A model generated the notes under the pieces. The model searched no databases. It saw nothing but the letters and a program-made list of their open reading frames with translations, and had not been told where the DNA came from. Positions 38,201 through 52,094 of a stretch of DNA of 64,000 bases are shown one piece after another. The translations under genes and the position numbers were made by a program. Positions within the stretch are counted from its first letter, which is position 1; every line of letters starts with the position of its first letter. The stretch is from Chiloscyllium plagiosum (taxonomy: Eukaryota). The DNA is taken from assembly GCF_004010195.1 (NCBI RefSeq), contig NC_057728.1, forward strand, positions 45,840,229 to 45,904,228, read 5' to 3'.

Positions 38201-39850
38201 TGTAATTGCTATAATATCCCAGTCCCATGTTCCTAACCATGCCCTTAGTTCATCTGCCTTCACTGTTAGGCTCCTTGCATTGAAATAAGTGCAGTGTAAT
38301 TTAACAGTCCTACCTTGTTCTCTGCTTTATCCCTGCCTGCCCTGACTGTTTGACCCACTTCTGTTGTCAACTGTACCAGTATCAGACTGATCTCTTTCCT
38401 CACTATCTCCTGCACCTTACTAGTTTAAATCCTCCCGAGCAGCTCTTGCAAATCTCCCTGCCAGTATATTAGTCCCCTTCCAACTTAGGTGCAATCCGTC
38501 CTTCTTGTAAGGTCAGTTCTACCCCAAAAGAGATTCCAATGATCGAAAAATGTGAATCCTTCTCCTATACACCAGTTCCTCAGCCATGCATTCATCTGCT
38601 CTATCCTCCTATTCCAGGCCTCACTAGCTCATAGGAACGGAAGTAATTCAGATATTACTACTCTTGAGGACCTCCTTTTTAAACTCCTACTTAACTCTCT
38701 GTAATATCCTTTCAGAATCTCAATCTTTTCCCTTTCTCTGTAGTTGGTTCCAATGTGTATAATGACCTCCTGCTGGCCCCTGTCCCCCCTTGAGGACATT
38801 CTGCACCCTCTCTGATATGTCCTTGAGCCTGACACCAGGGAAGCAACACACCATTCTGAATTTTCGCTGCTGCCCACAGAAACGTTTCTCTGTACCTGAG
38901 ACTCGAGAGTCCCCTAACACAATTGATCTCCTGGAACCCGACGTATCCTTATTGCATTAGAGCCAGTCTCAATATCAGAAACTTGGCTGTTCGTGCTACA
39001 TTCCCCATAGAATTTATCATCCCCTTTATTTTCCAAAACAGCATACTTTTTTGAATGGTTGATAGCCACGGAAAACTCTTGCACTAACTGCCTACCTCTC
39101 TTACCTTTCCTGGAATTAACCCATCTATGTGACTGTATCTGCGATTTTTGTCCCCCTTCCTATAACTGCCATTCATCATATCTCCTTGCTCTTATAAATT
39201 CCTCATTGCCTCTAACTGTCTCTCCAACCAATTCATTCGAACTGATAGAATTTGTAACCAACTGCATTTATTGCAGACATAATCCTCAGTAACCCGTAAA
39301 CTCTCCCTAAATTCCCACGTTTGAAAGGAAGAGCATATCACTCTACTAAAGGCCATTTTTGCTCCTTTGCAATCTACAGACACAGAAAATAGCACCTTCT
39401 TATTCCTCTACAAAACACTGCTCCAGTTTAAATTAATAGTTGTGGCTTCTATTTTAAATTTAATCAAGAGACATATCTCAATAAAACATATAATCAAGAA
39501 AGAACTCACTCTACTCACTACTGCAGACTTACTGTACGGCCACGCTTAAATATTCACTTATCTGTTTCTGTGCTGTGACTTCTCTCAACTGGTTCCTCCA
39601 AGATTAGTTGTGAATTTCACTGTTTGTTAATTTTCACAGACACACTCCAATGTCCAGCGGTACATGAATTGAAACAGCAAAGGCAGTAACTGTGTAGGTT
39701 CTCTGCTCTGTCAGTTTGTTTTTCTCTCTCTCTCTCCTGCACTGTCCTCACCATGTGCTTCCTTTGTCTGTTCTTCTCCCTTTTAAAACTGCTGTTGTTT
39801 TGACTTTTCTTTTCCCCATGGTTCCAAAACAGTGCAACAGTATATAAAAC
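35232..39850 (-). mobile_element. Near full-length, disabled CR1 LINE (ORF1 Zn-finger/leucine zipper plus SGNH esterase; ORF2 APE endonuclease plus RT)
   Basis: ORF1 remnants MAFSRVICSS..YVCNKC..LERQLE, GDS...VCCFPG, IIHIGTN; ORF2 remnants GNYRPVSL, QHGF, YMDFSKAFD, GVPQG, YADDTK; (GACTCTAT)n tail at about 35232-35250. The 5' end is approximate. Confidence 0.93.
37052..37285 (+). mobile_element. Palindromic family-A mini-insertion inside CR1 ORF2
   Basis: Perfect 92-bp arms (37052-37143 and 37156-37247); duplicated target ttctccttaactctatttg at 37035-37053 and 37279-37297, overlapping both element ends. Confidence 0.92.
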
Positions 39851-41754
39851 AGTAATTGCTGCTCCTGGAATTCGAGGAAATCACCTTCAACACCTGAAAT
39901 TTTTTTGTGGCTAGTGGAGGAGTTGGATCAGGTATGAGTTAGATTATGACTCCCCCCAATCTCAGTCATAATATAATGGTGGGGGGGTGGGGGGGGGGGG
40001 GGGGTAAGTGTTTAAAATGTTACATATTGTGCATATTGAGTGGAAATGCATCAGCTATGATTTCAGAAGTCAGTGTTTTTAAGTAGAAATGTGTATGATT
40101 TTGCTAAAAAAACTTCTGTTGCTAACTTATGCTTCCTGTTTTATCCCAATTTAAATGTTGTGACATATATGAAATAAATGTTTTTCTTGTGAGCTGTGGC
40201 TTTAAGTTTAATTGAGAATTTATAATTTTTGAGGACATTGATGAATTAGTCTGATTCTGCTTCTGAGTCTAAACATACCACCATAGACATAGAAGATATT
40301 GATGGTCTATATTGGCACCACCTAATAAATGAGTTAGCAAGAACAAAAAGTCAACCTGAAAACCAAAATGTAGACCTTAAAATCAAAACGTAGCCTGCGA
40401 GAAAATCTCAAGAGTGCTTAGAAAAAAGAATTTTGACTCCTGCCCAAGACTTATCCTGTTAATCCTAGAGATCAATTTATCTTATCTAACCCAGCTGTCA
40501 CTTCCAATAATCTTCCTGATGTAACTCATTCCCTGTTCCCTATTGACTACTGGGCTCCTTTGCTGCTGCTGCTTTTGCTGCTGTACTGTTTGTAGGAGAT
40601 TCTGTTCAATATCAAACTGATTGGAAAATCAATGAAAAGAAAACATTTATGCAGTGTGACAGCTAAAATAAAAGAAAAATACTGTGTCTGGGGCCCTCTT
40701 GTGGTGCATTGATAATGTCCCCACCCCTTGACTGGGAGGCATGCATTCAAGTCCTACCTGTTCCATAGCTGCATAATAACATTTCTCACCTGGTTGATTA
40801 GAAAAATTTTATATTTAAAAAAAATGAAGGTATCTGTTTGAGCCCTCTCATGATGCAGAGGTAGTGTTCTTAACTCTGAGCAAAAAGGCCCAGTTTCAAG
40901 TGCAGGAATGTATAACACATTTGAACAGGTTAATTATTAAAAAAAAGGTTTCTGTTCTGCCCTCCCTCCCCTCCCCTTCACTTTTGATGGTTCATAATGG
41001 GCTTTGCATGTAAACTTCTAATTGGCTGCACGGGTGGTCGTTAATTGTCAAAAACAAAAGCAAAACAATCACGGTGATTTGGTTGTGGGAAAGTCATTTG
41101 GCTGTGTGTGTTAACACTTCTGGACATTAGAAAATGGTGTCTGAATCTCCAAAGGCAAAGTACGGATAATTTTCTGGATACATTGTTTGATTAGGACAGA
41201 AGTCTTGCATAGCGTAACAGTACATAATATTGTGATCATATATTTCATTGACAATTATTAAATGGAATATGCACTAATATCATAAAATATCTACAAAATA
41301 TTGATCCTCAATTGAAGTTATGAGTGGTCTATATTTTGATCAAACTTTATGCACATCTATATCATGGATATGTGGAATATAGTGATTTTGTGTATTCTAT
41401 ATATTGATCATATAAATAACAGTGTGACCTCCGTCAAAAGCTCTTACATATAAGTAACAGAGAGAAAGTGGAAAGGGAGGAAATTTTGAGCCATCGACTT
41501 GCCCAAAATTCAAACATCTGTAGTGTCCAGTCCTATTTCAGTAAAAAAAATTCTAGTTACAAATTGGCTGGAGTTATCACCTACCAAACACCCCAGATGA
41601 TAAATATGGTCATCTTTATCTTGACAAGCAAACAAACTGTAAGAGACACATACAAAGTTCTAAAACCGGCAGTAGTATCACATATTACCTTATTTCTGAA
41701 TGGTTGGGTAGAAAAGCTCAGTTGCTATTTAGAGATATGTTGTAATATACAAAC

Positions 41755-42540
41755 ATATGAACAATCAACAAGAGTAGGCCTCTTGGCTCTTTGAGCCTGC
41801 TCCACTATTCAATAAGATCATGGCTGATCTAATTTTAGCCTCAACTCTACATTCCTGAATATCCTAGATAATCTTTTGTCTCCTTGGTAATCTATAATCT
41901 ATCTAACTATGGTTTAAAAATACTTTAACATTCTGCAACCACTTCTGTTTGAGAAAGGGAATTCCAAAGATGCACAATCCTCTGCAAGAAAAAAAAAGGT
42001 TTCCTCATCTGTTTTAAATGGGCACCTTCTTATTTTTAAACTATTACCCTAGTTCTAGATTCTCCCAAAGCAGGAAGTATCCCTTCAATAGCTACCTGGT
42101 CAAGTACCCACAGGATCTTACATGTTCAAAATAAGCCAACTCTGATTCTTCTAAACTCTAGAGGACAGAGACCTTTCATATAATGCAAATTTTCATTTCA
42201 GGTATTAGTCCAATAAATCTTTTCTGAACTGCTTCCAATGCATTAACATTGTTCCGTAAGTACAGTGACCAGAACAATAGAACATCTAACCTAGCCCTGC
42301 AAAATTGAAGCATAACCTGCCTACTCTTGCATTCATTTCCTACATAATAAATCATAACAATCTATTAGCTTTCCTGATTATTTGCTGCACCTGCATACAA
42401 ACCTTCTGCCATTCATGTACTCGGACACCCATATCTCAGAGCACTGCAAGGACACACCATTTAGATAATATGTTTCTTTTTTGTTCTTTCTGCCAAAATG
42501 GGCAATTTAACACTTTTTCAAGTTGGCAATTGACAATTAC
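41755..42540 (-). mobile_element. Old CR1 3' fragment
   Basis: gagtaggcc...gagcctgctccactattcaataagatcatggctgatc tail and degenerate ORF2 end. Confidence 0.75.
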
Positions 42541-42829
42541 AAATATCTACCATGCTTAATCAATAAAATTTCTCAAATTAATAGAAAAAAATCCTCTGAT
42601 AATTCTTATTTTCATTCAGCCAATTTATAATCTTAAAGTAAGACCCATATCCTAATTACAATTTGAAAAATTATGTATTTCAAAATAAATTTGTCTAAGA
42701 TTGCTTTAAGTGCCTTAGTTTATCTATGTTAATTAACATCAGTGTTTCAACCTCAGCCTTAGCCTCTTTCAAAAACTTTGGACCACAATTAAACATTATA
42801 CGGAAGCTCTGTTTGCTTTCAAGATAAAT

Positions 42830-43050
42830 AGAAAGGATCCACAGCAATGTTTTGAAGCAAGTAATTTATTCCTAGTCCCATGGCCAATACTTATCCCCAA
42901 ATCAACATAAAATTAGTGTATCTGCATTATGACATTGTTATTTGTAGGAGATCAGTGTGCACAAATTGGGTGCCACATTTCCTATATAACAAGTAACTAC
43001 ACTTGAACAAAGTGCTTTGGGATCTGCCCTGCATTTGTGAAAAATACAAT
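42830..43050 (+). mobile_element. Degenerate Deu-domain SINE (AmnSINE1/SacSINE1-like)
   Basis: ggccaatacttatccc...tttgtaggagatc..gtgtgcacaaattgggtgccacatttcct resembles the recalled DeuSINE core. Confidence 0.5.
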
Positions 43051-43058
43051 GAACTACA

Positions 43059-43287
43059 TAGGTCATTCTGCAATAGCACATGTTTTGTTAGAACAAATTG
43101 GCTATAACACAATTGACAAATTGAGAACATTGTTTGTGTAATATGAACTTTCTACTGAACACATACAGTGAGTTTCTAATAGCAATCTTCTACTACGCAA
43201 TGTTCCTGTGCGGTTTTCCAAAGCATGATTTTCTATAATGCGAGGTTGCACAGAAATACAACTGTCGCGTTACAGCAGAATGACCTG
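43059..43287. mobile_element. Tc1/mariner (Tigger/pogo-like) MITE
   Basis: TIRs aggtcattctgc / gcagaatgacct followed by gTA; same family as 30710-30926. Confidence 0.65.
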
Positions 43288-43609
43288 TATTTTCTCTCTT
43301 GCTTCTATCACTGTCGTCCTGTTGAAACAGACCTTGCTTCTCAAGATGAGGACTGGATAATTCCTTTGTGTTCAATGTGTTCACCTAGCTCATTATTTTA
43401 GAGAGATTTGACTTGTAATAATACTGAATTCTCAAAGCTTCTCCTTGCTTTGACTTGCCTCTTTTTTCTTAAAGTACCAGATGTGAACTGAAGTTCTGTA
43501 TGGGTTAGACTTTAAAAAAATTCATTCTTGGGATGTGGGCATCGTTGACATGGCCAGCATTTTTTTGCTCATCCCTACTGTCCTTGAAAAGATAGTGACA
43601 AGCTGTCTT

Positions 43610-44325
43610 CGAGTCATAGAGTCATAGAGTCACAGAGATGTACAGCATGGAAACAGACACTTCGGTCCAACCTGTCCATGCTGACCAGATATCCCAACCC
43701 AATCTAGTCCCACCTGCCAGCACCCGGCCCATATCCCTCCAAGCACTTCCTATTCATTTACCCATCCAAATGCCTCTTAAATGTTGCAATTGTACCAGCC
43801 TCCACCACTTCCTCTGGCAGCTCATTCCATACACGTATCACCCTCTGCGTGAAAACGTTGCCCTGTAGGTCACTTTTATATCTTTCCCCTCTCACCCTAA
43901 AAATATACCCTCTAGTTCTGGACTCCCGGACCCCAGGAAAAAGACTTTGTGTATTTACCCTATCCATGCCCTCATAATTTTGTAAACCTCTATAAGGTCA
44001 CCCCTCAGCCTCCAATGCTCCAGGGAAAACAGCCCCAGCCTGTTCAGCCTCTCCCTATAGCTCAAATACTCCAACCCTGGCAACATCCTTGTAAATCTTT
44101 TCTTAACCCTTTCAGGTTTCACAACATCTTTCCAATAGGAAGAAGACCAGAATTGCACACAATATTCCAACAGTGTCCTGTACAGCTGCAACATGACCTC
44201 CCAACTCCTGTACTCAATACTCTGACCAATAAAGGGAAGCATACCAAATGCCTTCTTCACTATCCTATCTACCTGCGAGTCCACTTTCAAGGAGCTATGA
44301 ACCTGCATTCCAAGGTCTCTTTGTT
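43610..44325 (-). mobile_element. Younger CR1 3' fragment nested in an older LINE
   Basis: (GAGTCATA)n tail at 43610-43635; ORF2 C-terminus closely similar to 35232-35930. Confidence 0.92.
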
Positions 44326-44329
44326 TATG

Positions 44330-45490
44330 TGATGTTAGTAGAGCCACAATGCCTTTAGGATTTTGACCCAACAACACTAAAAGACCAGTCATATATTTTT
44401 AAGTCAGGATAGTGAATGGTTTGGAGGAGAACTTGCAGATGTTTGTGTCCTCATGTATCTACTGCCCTTGACCTTCTCAATGGAAATGGTCATGGGGTTG
44501 GAAGGCACTGTCTAAGGATAGTGAGTGAATTTCTGCAGTGCATTTTGTAGTTGGTATACACTGATTTGTTGATGTTCATTGATGTGATGCCAATAAAGTG
44601 GGCTACTTTGTCCTGGATGATGTCAAGGTTCTTCAGTGTTGATTGAGCTGCACTCATCCAGGCCAGTGGAGAATATTCCATCACATCACTGACTTGTGCC
44701 TTTTATATGGCAGACAGACTTTGGGTGGCAGAAGGTGATTTTCATGTTGCAGGATTCTTAACCTCTTACCTGCTCTTTTGGCCATTATATTAACATGACT
44801 AATCCAGATCAGTTTCTGGTCAATGATGATCCCCAGGCTGTTGATACTGGGGGAATTCAATGCCATTAACTGCCAAGGGATGATGATTAGATTCTCACTT
44901 GTTGGTATTTGTCATTGCTTGGTATTTATTTAGCATGATTATTATATACCACCTTTCAGCCAAGCCTGATTGTCCAGATCTTGTTGCATTTGGACATGGA
45001 TTGCCTCAGTATCTGAGGATTTGTGAATGGTGCTGAACATTGTACAATCATCAGAGAGTATCCTCACTTGTGAGCTGATGTTGGAGGGAAGGTCATTGAT
45101 GAAGCAGCTGAAGATGCTTGGGTTTGAGACACTGAGGAATTCCGTAGAGATGTCCTGGAGCTCAGATGATTTATCTCCAACAACTACAACCACCTTATTT
45201 TGTGCCTAGTATGACTCTAACCAGCAGAGAGCTTTGCTACTGATTCCCATTGACTCCAGTTTTACTAGGGCTCTGCGATGCCACACTTGGCCAAATGTGG
45301 CCTTGATATCAAGGGCTATCACTCTGATTTCATCTCTGGAATTTAGCTCTTTCATCTATGTCTGAGCCAAGACTTTAGTGAGACCAGGACCTAAGAATCC
45401 CTAGCAGAACACACTGGACATCTGTGTGCAAGTTATTGCTAAACAAATGCTGCTTTATGTTAATGTACATGATAGAAGTAAGGAGATGAC
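44330..45490 (-). mobile_element. Older CR1/L2-group LINE RT fragment (its 3' end lies at about 43520-43610)
   Basis: Remnants FSCFINDLPS...SDDCTMF, MQQDLDN, LGIIIDQKL.W.SH, MEYSPLAWMSA. Confidence 0.8.
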
Positions 45491-45749
45491 CTGCTGGTAG
45501 GTGGTGACTGAGGCAAATGAGTGCTGCCGATGATACAAATTCTGACAGCCCTGACTGGCCTAGTCCCCAATACATACTTACATAGAGCGGGGAATCCAAT
45601 GGCATGTACCAATACAGATGAGAGGCTGAGGAAATTGTGTATGGCAAATGCTGGATATCACCATCACCTTTATCATTTGTCCTGATGATGGTGCTAAAAG
45701 AAACTGCTGCAACTAAGGTGGGTCCAAACATTCAAGCTAGCATGGAACT

Positions 45750-46073
45750 TTTTTTTATTCATTCAGAGGATTTGAGTGTCTTTGGCTAGGCCAGCATTTA
45801 TTTTCCTCCCTAATTATCCTGTTAAGAGTCAATAACAGGTCCATGGGTCTGGAGACACATGGAGGCCAGACCAGATAAGGATGGTATATTTCTTTCCCCA
45901 AAGGATATTGATGAATCCAGTTAGGTTTTTCCTCACTAGATTGTTAATTCCAGACTAACTGAATTAAAATTCCACCATCTGCTATGCCAGGATTTGAGCC
46001 TAGTTCCCCAGAACATTGGCTGAATTTTCTGGATTAATAGTCTTGCAATAATGCCACTAGTCCATCACCTCCA
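45750..46073 (-). mobile_element. tRNA-headed SINE, second family
   Basis: Minus-strand head ggaggtgatggactagtgg...ggctcaaatcc; 3' tail shared with the older LINE family (ggccagcattta..ccctaatt). Confidence 0.6.
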
Positions 46074-46758
46074 TACAATTCAACTTGTTGATCATGCAGC
46101 TGTTTTGCAAATGTTGCCAGGCTGGCAAGTCTCAAACAGGAAGTGTGTAATGGGATCAACAACAGCAGGTGGCGACATTTAGGGAAGACACTGAGCAGGG
46201 GAGTCAGATAGTCACCCTGGACATTCTCTGAAGTGAGGAATGTTTTTGTCAGGTAGCAGCAACCTCATGGAGGCAGGAGAGAGAGAGAGAGAGACACAGT
46301 CAGTCAGTTGGATAAAGGATTTCTTGATCAGTGTGAACTATAGGGTCTGTAAGTATTCTGCTTTCCTTATTTTAGCTATAATTTCTCTTAATGTTTGTGA
46401 TAAGATGATGACAGTAGTAAATTGAATCTGCTTCATGATCTTCAAGCCAAATGTCCGCCTAAGTCTACCATTACATAAGGTTAGATGAGGCTTCAAAGAC
46501 GCTGTCAAGATAAGGTAGTGAGTGAGTGGCAACAAGATGGGAGATGGTGCAGAATATGGGAATCTGTGAGGTTGTCTGTTTTTAAAGTAAGAATAGAAAA
46601 ACAGAATAGTTTTGAAAGTCATGAAACTTTTATCTGTCGATGTTCAAGAGTGCACCGCTAGAAGGAAGACAAAAAGTTAGTATACAAGTTCTACGAACAA
46701 ATCAAAAGGCAAGTGATATGTTGACTTTTGGTACAAGGGGATTGGAGTGCAGGAATAA

Positions 46759-47494
46759 TGTTACAACATGGGATAAACCCCTCTGCTAATTTAAACCAAC
46801 AACACAGAAAAGATTCACCCAGTGATATAATCTGTTAAAATTCGAGAGGCAAAGAACTATCCCAGATGTAAATATTTAAAGTAAAAATTAACAACTTTAT
46901 TTCTTTAAGTCTAACAGAGAATATTAACTAACAACTATTTCCAACTCCATTCTCTTAAACCTATCTTTTACCTCCCCCTCTACAATACTGGTCTGACAAA
47001 GTTCCCAATTAAGATTTACAAAAAGAAATAATCACATTTCAAAACCAGTCAGCTTTGCCGAGTTTCCTCTGTGGATTTTTCTCTGTAGATTCTCTCTCTA
47101 GGTCGGTTTCTATGTTCTTCTGTGCAGACTTCTTCTACAGACAGGTACCTCTCGGCGAGTTCTTAAACCAGCAGGCTACATCCATTGGTCTTTTGGCAGT
47201 TTCCCTCAACTGTTCAATTTTTTTCTGTCTTTATACCCCAAAACATTGGATCATTTCATTGGTTTTAAGGTTATCAAAATACTAAATTCAAACTTGATTG
47301 GAGTTTGATATCTTGGGGCATAATTTAAACTGATTGGCTGAATTTGAACTTATTTTTGTCTCATAGCAGCCTAGCCACTGCTAGCTATTCTCCCAAATGT
47401 TATATTTAAATTTTCCAGTACTCTGCATGCTTGCTAAGTCCTTGCCAGCTTTTCAACTTTCTTAAAGGTACAGTACACCTACAACTTCATAACA
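46759..47494. mobile_element. Probable solo LTR inserted in an old CR1 (host at about 46430-46758 and 47495-48145)
   Basis: TGTTA...TAACA termini; host CR1 resumes on both sides; imperfect 4-bp TSD ataa/acaa. Confidence 0.55.
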
Positions 47495-47840
47495 ACAAAG
47501 AACTATTGTAACAATCATATAGAGTGTTAATGGGACCAAACATGGATACCTGCATGCTGTTTTAACCTCAACATCTATGAAATAATATATTTGATTTAAC
47601 ATTTGAAGAGCAAAGTTTTATTTGATTGGTTGCTGACATGAAAGGGTTGTCCTATAACGACAGGCAGAGGAAATTGGGCCTATATTCTCTAGAGTAAGAA
47701 GAAAGAAAGGTAATCTCATTGAAGCAGAAAAGATTCTGAAGGACACTAAAAAGTTGTTTCCACTTAACCAGAGTGCCAAGAACATGGGGGAGCATTCTCA
47801 GGATAAGAGGTTGATTATTTTGGACTGTGATGAGGGAGAA

Positions 47841-49227
47841 CCATAGCAGGAAGAAGTTTTAAGGAGTGAATGCCTGGGAATATGACTTTTCAAGATTAAA
47901 TATACATGCTCTTTTACTCATCATGTAGTGGTTGTGAATTTTGGAATTGTCCAATGTAGATGGGTTGGATGCTCCGCTGTGGAGTGTTTTCAGGACTGAT
48001 ATCAATTTTTTTTTTTGATTTCTTGGAGTCGAGGCATTAAGGGAATGGTTAAATTCTGGAGTTGACTCAGAGGATTGTAGTGAATGCTGTTATAGGCTCA
48101 ACGGGTGGATGGTCCACTCCTATTCCTTTTTCTAATGTTCTTTATGTGAGCGGGTCCATAACAATCTCAGGCAAGAAAATAAATACGTTACCCTTTTTAA
48201 AAGAAATTTTCAAATCACGTACCTTGATAGGGATTATTAATTTATATCTGAGTCTCCAGATGTGCTATAGAGCCTCTCTGACAGCAAACACCTTAGTTGT
48301 ATTTCTACTTGAGCAAATCAGTATTTTGGGTGAACATGGGTATTAGCCACAAGCTGCTTAAAGCTGAGTGAACAACGTTCTGCACAGAATGTCATTGTGA
48401 GCATGATTATCTACATGTCTTCCAGGTTACATGGACACAAAAGTGCTTCTTTACATAAATCTAATTAGGATTTTCTTTGTCATCATTTCCACGTGATCAA
48501 TGTCACCTTTGATTTTTTTTGTCATGAAGTATTAATTTTTAGAGGAAATTTACAAAAATATTTTTCTGACTATTATAAAATATGATCATACATGCAAAAT
48601 AGTTTTTAGCACTAAGTAACAAGTTAAGCCTCAAAATCTCACCTGAAATCCCTTTTTATTTTTGATATCTCTACGACTCTGACTGTTGCTGACATTCTGA
48701 ACGCCATGACTTGGATTGAGCTCAAAGGTGAAATTTATCATCTTTTTTTTCAGCAGTAATATCAAGAAGCTCATAAGAGGTAGTCAAATTTCTATTACAA
48801 CTATACGCAGTGGGCAGATGGTTAAATCGAAGGTTGGGATTATATTCGGCATTGACTGGTTGGACTGAAGGGTTTGTTTCCATGTTGCATGACTCTTTGA
48901 CTCTATGAAACAAATGTGCCCATCAATAACTAACTCTGGGATAACGCTGGTGAAATCCAATGTTTAGAGGCAGGCAGTGAATAACAGGGAATGATCAAAG
49001 TAAGGGGGAACAAGCAGAAAGATAATAAAATGCAATTTACAGAAACACAGATATAAACATAGCATTTCTCAGCATACTCCAGTAAATGTGTAGTATAATG
49101 ATAATGAAGATATATTCCAATTGAACTCATTTAACACATCTACATGATGAGTAAAAGAGCATGTATATTTAATCTTGAAAAGTCATATTCCCAGGCATTC
49201 ACTCCTTAAAACTTCTTCCTGCTATGG
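47841..49227. repeat. Perfect 88-bp inverted duplication (47841-47928 vs 49140-49227)
   Basis: Base-by-base reverse-complement identity. Confidence 0.95.
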
Positions 49228-49439
49228 AATTTGCCCTAGTGGAATGCTTTCTTGCTTGAATGTATTATGACCAATGATCATCTGAACACCGTTGTCACAG
49301 CCTGGGTGTAATTGCTGTGGAAGTATTCTACTTTTTAACAAAATAAAGTCACAGAATCAGCAATTTCAGTTCATTCCAAACTCATTTTTTTCATTTTTTA
49401 TTTTTTCTCCTTCTTTTCCTCCCTTCTATGTTTTTCTTC

Positions 49440-49940
49440 TTCTGTCTTCTCGGACTTGGACACCCAGCCTCAGCCTCCCAAGCACAGGTGGTGGCCCAGA
49501 GCAGGGAGGCCAGAGGCCAGTGGCATGGTGCAGAGCATGGCAGCAGCCAGTGGTCAAACCACATGGAGACCCATTGTGCTGACGTTGATCTGCTTCAGAG
49601 AGCCTTTGGGGAGAGATTGTGATATTTGTCTTTTTAACTTTGCTTCTGGTTTTTCTGCCATGTGGTTATAACATGAATAGCTGTAATGTAACTTTTTTTT
49701 CCATTTCTCTATTAGGTAACTAAGGATTGTGCCTAGTCACTCTGTACCTAAGATGGTGCCATGTGTTGGTGACATTGTACATTGTTGGTGAGATTGTTAC
49801 ACTGTAATTAATCTTGTAACTGAAGAAGCTGTGCCTAGGTACCTTTGTACCTAAGGTGGCATTGTAAGTGGTGACCTAGAAACTTTTCACTGCACTCATT
49901 TTAGAACATGTGACAATAAAGCTAATTATAATTCTAATTG
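49440..49940 (+). mobile_element. Non-LTR retroelement 3' end, family uncertain
   Basis: Ends ttttcactgcactc...catgtgacaataaagctaattataattctaatt, a Rex1/L2-like tail. Confidence 0.5.
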
Positions 49941-50199
49941 TTTCATAGACTTTGAATATTTCAATTACATTTTAAAATCATAGTTAGAATGCTAGAATTT
50001 TAAAAGAAAAATTGGCATGCATTTGTGATTTGAGCTTTATTTACCACATGTTCAGTAACAGTGCATGTGACATCACTGCCACAGACACTAACGATAACTT
50101 TGTGCTAAAACTAACTTCAATTGTGAAAAACAGGATTCTGAATTCAATGCATATCCATGAAACAACACTGACAAATATAAGAATTTAAACAAAGGTTAT

Positions 50200-50322
50200 G
50201 GATGAACAGTTCATCCACTTCACCAACACCTTCCACCCCGACCTCAAATTCACCTGGGCAGTCTCAGATTCCTCCCTCCCCTTCCTCGACCTTTCTATTT
50301 CTATCTCAGACGACCGAATCAA
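50200..50322 (+). mobile_element. Penelope-type reverse transcriptase fragment
   Basis: EQFIHFTNTFHPDLKFTWAVSDSSLPFLDLSISI, the typical PLE RT C-terminal motif. Confidence 0.85.
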
Positions 50323-50629
50323 CACGGCGTGTGTGTGTGAAACAGAAAGAGAGTGGGTGTGTGTGTATGTGTTGTGTGGGGAGGGGATAATTTATTCAAC
50401 ACTCAGAGACCTTTATCTGATCATTGACGCACATGGAAGACAGTACCGTTCAGCACTGATGCACTCTGAATTAGCGTGACTCACTACTTGAACCCTGAAC
50501 GCTGATTTACAATATTGTGGGCAAAATGCCTCTTTAGAAAGTTCTAATCTGGGTTGATACCCCAGTGTAGTCCTGAGCAGGGGTGTGCAGTCAGAGGCGA
50601 ATTGTTAAGAAAAAAGGTCGCATCTATCT

Positions 50630-50945
50630 GGCATGGTAGCTCAGTGGTTAGCACTGCTGTCTCACAGCACCAGGGTATTGCATTTGATTCTACCGTTGGG
50701 CGACAGTACATTCTCCCCATGTCTGTGTGGGTTTCCTCTGGGTGCTCAGGTTTCCTCCCACAATCCAAAGACATGCAGGGTACGTGAACTGGTCATGCTA
50801 AATTGTCATAATGTTCAGGTTAGGTGCATTAGTCACGGGTAAGTATAGGATAATAGGATAGGGGAATGGATCTTCAGAAGATTGGTGTGGATTTGTTGAG
50901 CTGAAGGGCCTGTTTCCACACTGTAGGGATTCTATGATTCTATCC
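50630..50945 (+). mobile_element. HE1-type SINE (followed by a Deu-SINE-like remnant to about 51170)
   Basis: ggcatggtagctcagtggttagcactgctg head; gattctat tail; downstream attgctgtttgtgggagctt core. Confidence 0.85.
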
Positions 50946-51476
50946 TCTCAAGTGGAGGGAGAAGATACCATAGCACAATTTTAAAGAATAGTAAGGGAGT
51001 TAACCCTGGAGTCCTGACCAATCAACATTGCAAAAGCAGGTCACTTGGCAACTATCATATTGCTGTTTGTGGGAGCTTATTGTGCCCTGTTTCATTGGCT
51101 GAGTAAAAAAAATTTCATTGACCGTAATGAGCCTTGCTGAGGTTCATACAAATGTGACTTTCTTTCTTTATGTATTCTATTTATTCATTAACAACTTCAC
51201 TGAGGGGTGGCACTACAAACAATCCATCTCTACCTTAATGATATTGTTGCATTACCTTGTAAGATTGACACCCAAATCTTCCCATCGCAGATATAAAGGT
51301 CTTTCTTGAAAACATCAAACCAGAGACGGCTGGCTTCAGTCTCAGTGCAGGGTGGGTGGCTTCCAATTGTCACCTTCATGTCTGTTTCTGATTTCAACAC
51401 AAGAGGAGATCAACAACGTTCGTATTTACCAGAGACGAGTCATTGAGTTAGACACTGTGTGGCTTCACTATGGCTA

Positions 51477-51865
51477 GGAGAAAGTGAGGTCTGCAGATGC
51501 TGGAGATCAGAGCTGAAAATTTCATTTCCCCTCCTCCCACCTTGTCTCAGTCAAATCCATCGAACTCAGCACCGCCTTCCTAACCTGCAATCTTCTTCCC
51601 CACCTCTCCCCCCGCACCCCAGTCTCGCCTATCACCCTCACCTTGACCTCTTTCCACCTATCACATTTCCGACGCCCCTCCCCCAAGTCCCTCCTCCCTA
51701 CCTTTTATCTTAGCCTGCTGGACAAACTTTCCTCATTCCTGAAGAAGGGCTTATGCCCGAAACGTCGATTCTCCTGTTCCCTGGATGCTGCCTGATCTGC
51801 TGCGCTTCTCCAGCAACACATTTTCAGCTCTGATCTCCAGCATCTGCAGACCTCACTTTCTCCTT
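51477..51865 (+). mobile_element. Penelope family-A 3' fragment with short 5' inverted terminus and intact hammerhead motif (51735-51770)
   Basis: 51477-51520 is the reverse complement of the 3' end; C-rich 3' region, then attcCTGAAGAaGGGCttatGCCCGAAACGTCgatt. Confidence 0.88.
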
Positions 51866-52094
51866 CTGGATGGTCTGTCTTGTGCAACCATGCTGACTCA
51901 AGAAACACTGAGTTTGATAATGAGAAATTTTGGAATAATCTGTACATTGTGAATCCAGAGGATGCAATAATGGGAGGAGGTCTGCTCCAGTCCTAGAAGA
52001 AGATGACCTGCGGAGATGACCTGCTGGAAAGTGGTAATTGAAACAACGAGTGCTGTTGGTCATACAATCTCTGGTGGTTTCATCACCAACACCC

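Noticed and set aside
39979..40004. Poly-G tract as a functional G-quadruplex
   Set aside because: Simple homopolymer with no nearby gene context, and its length is error-prone.
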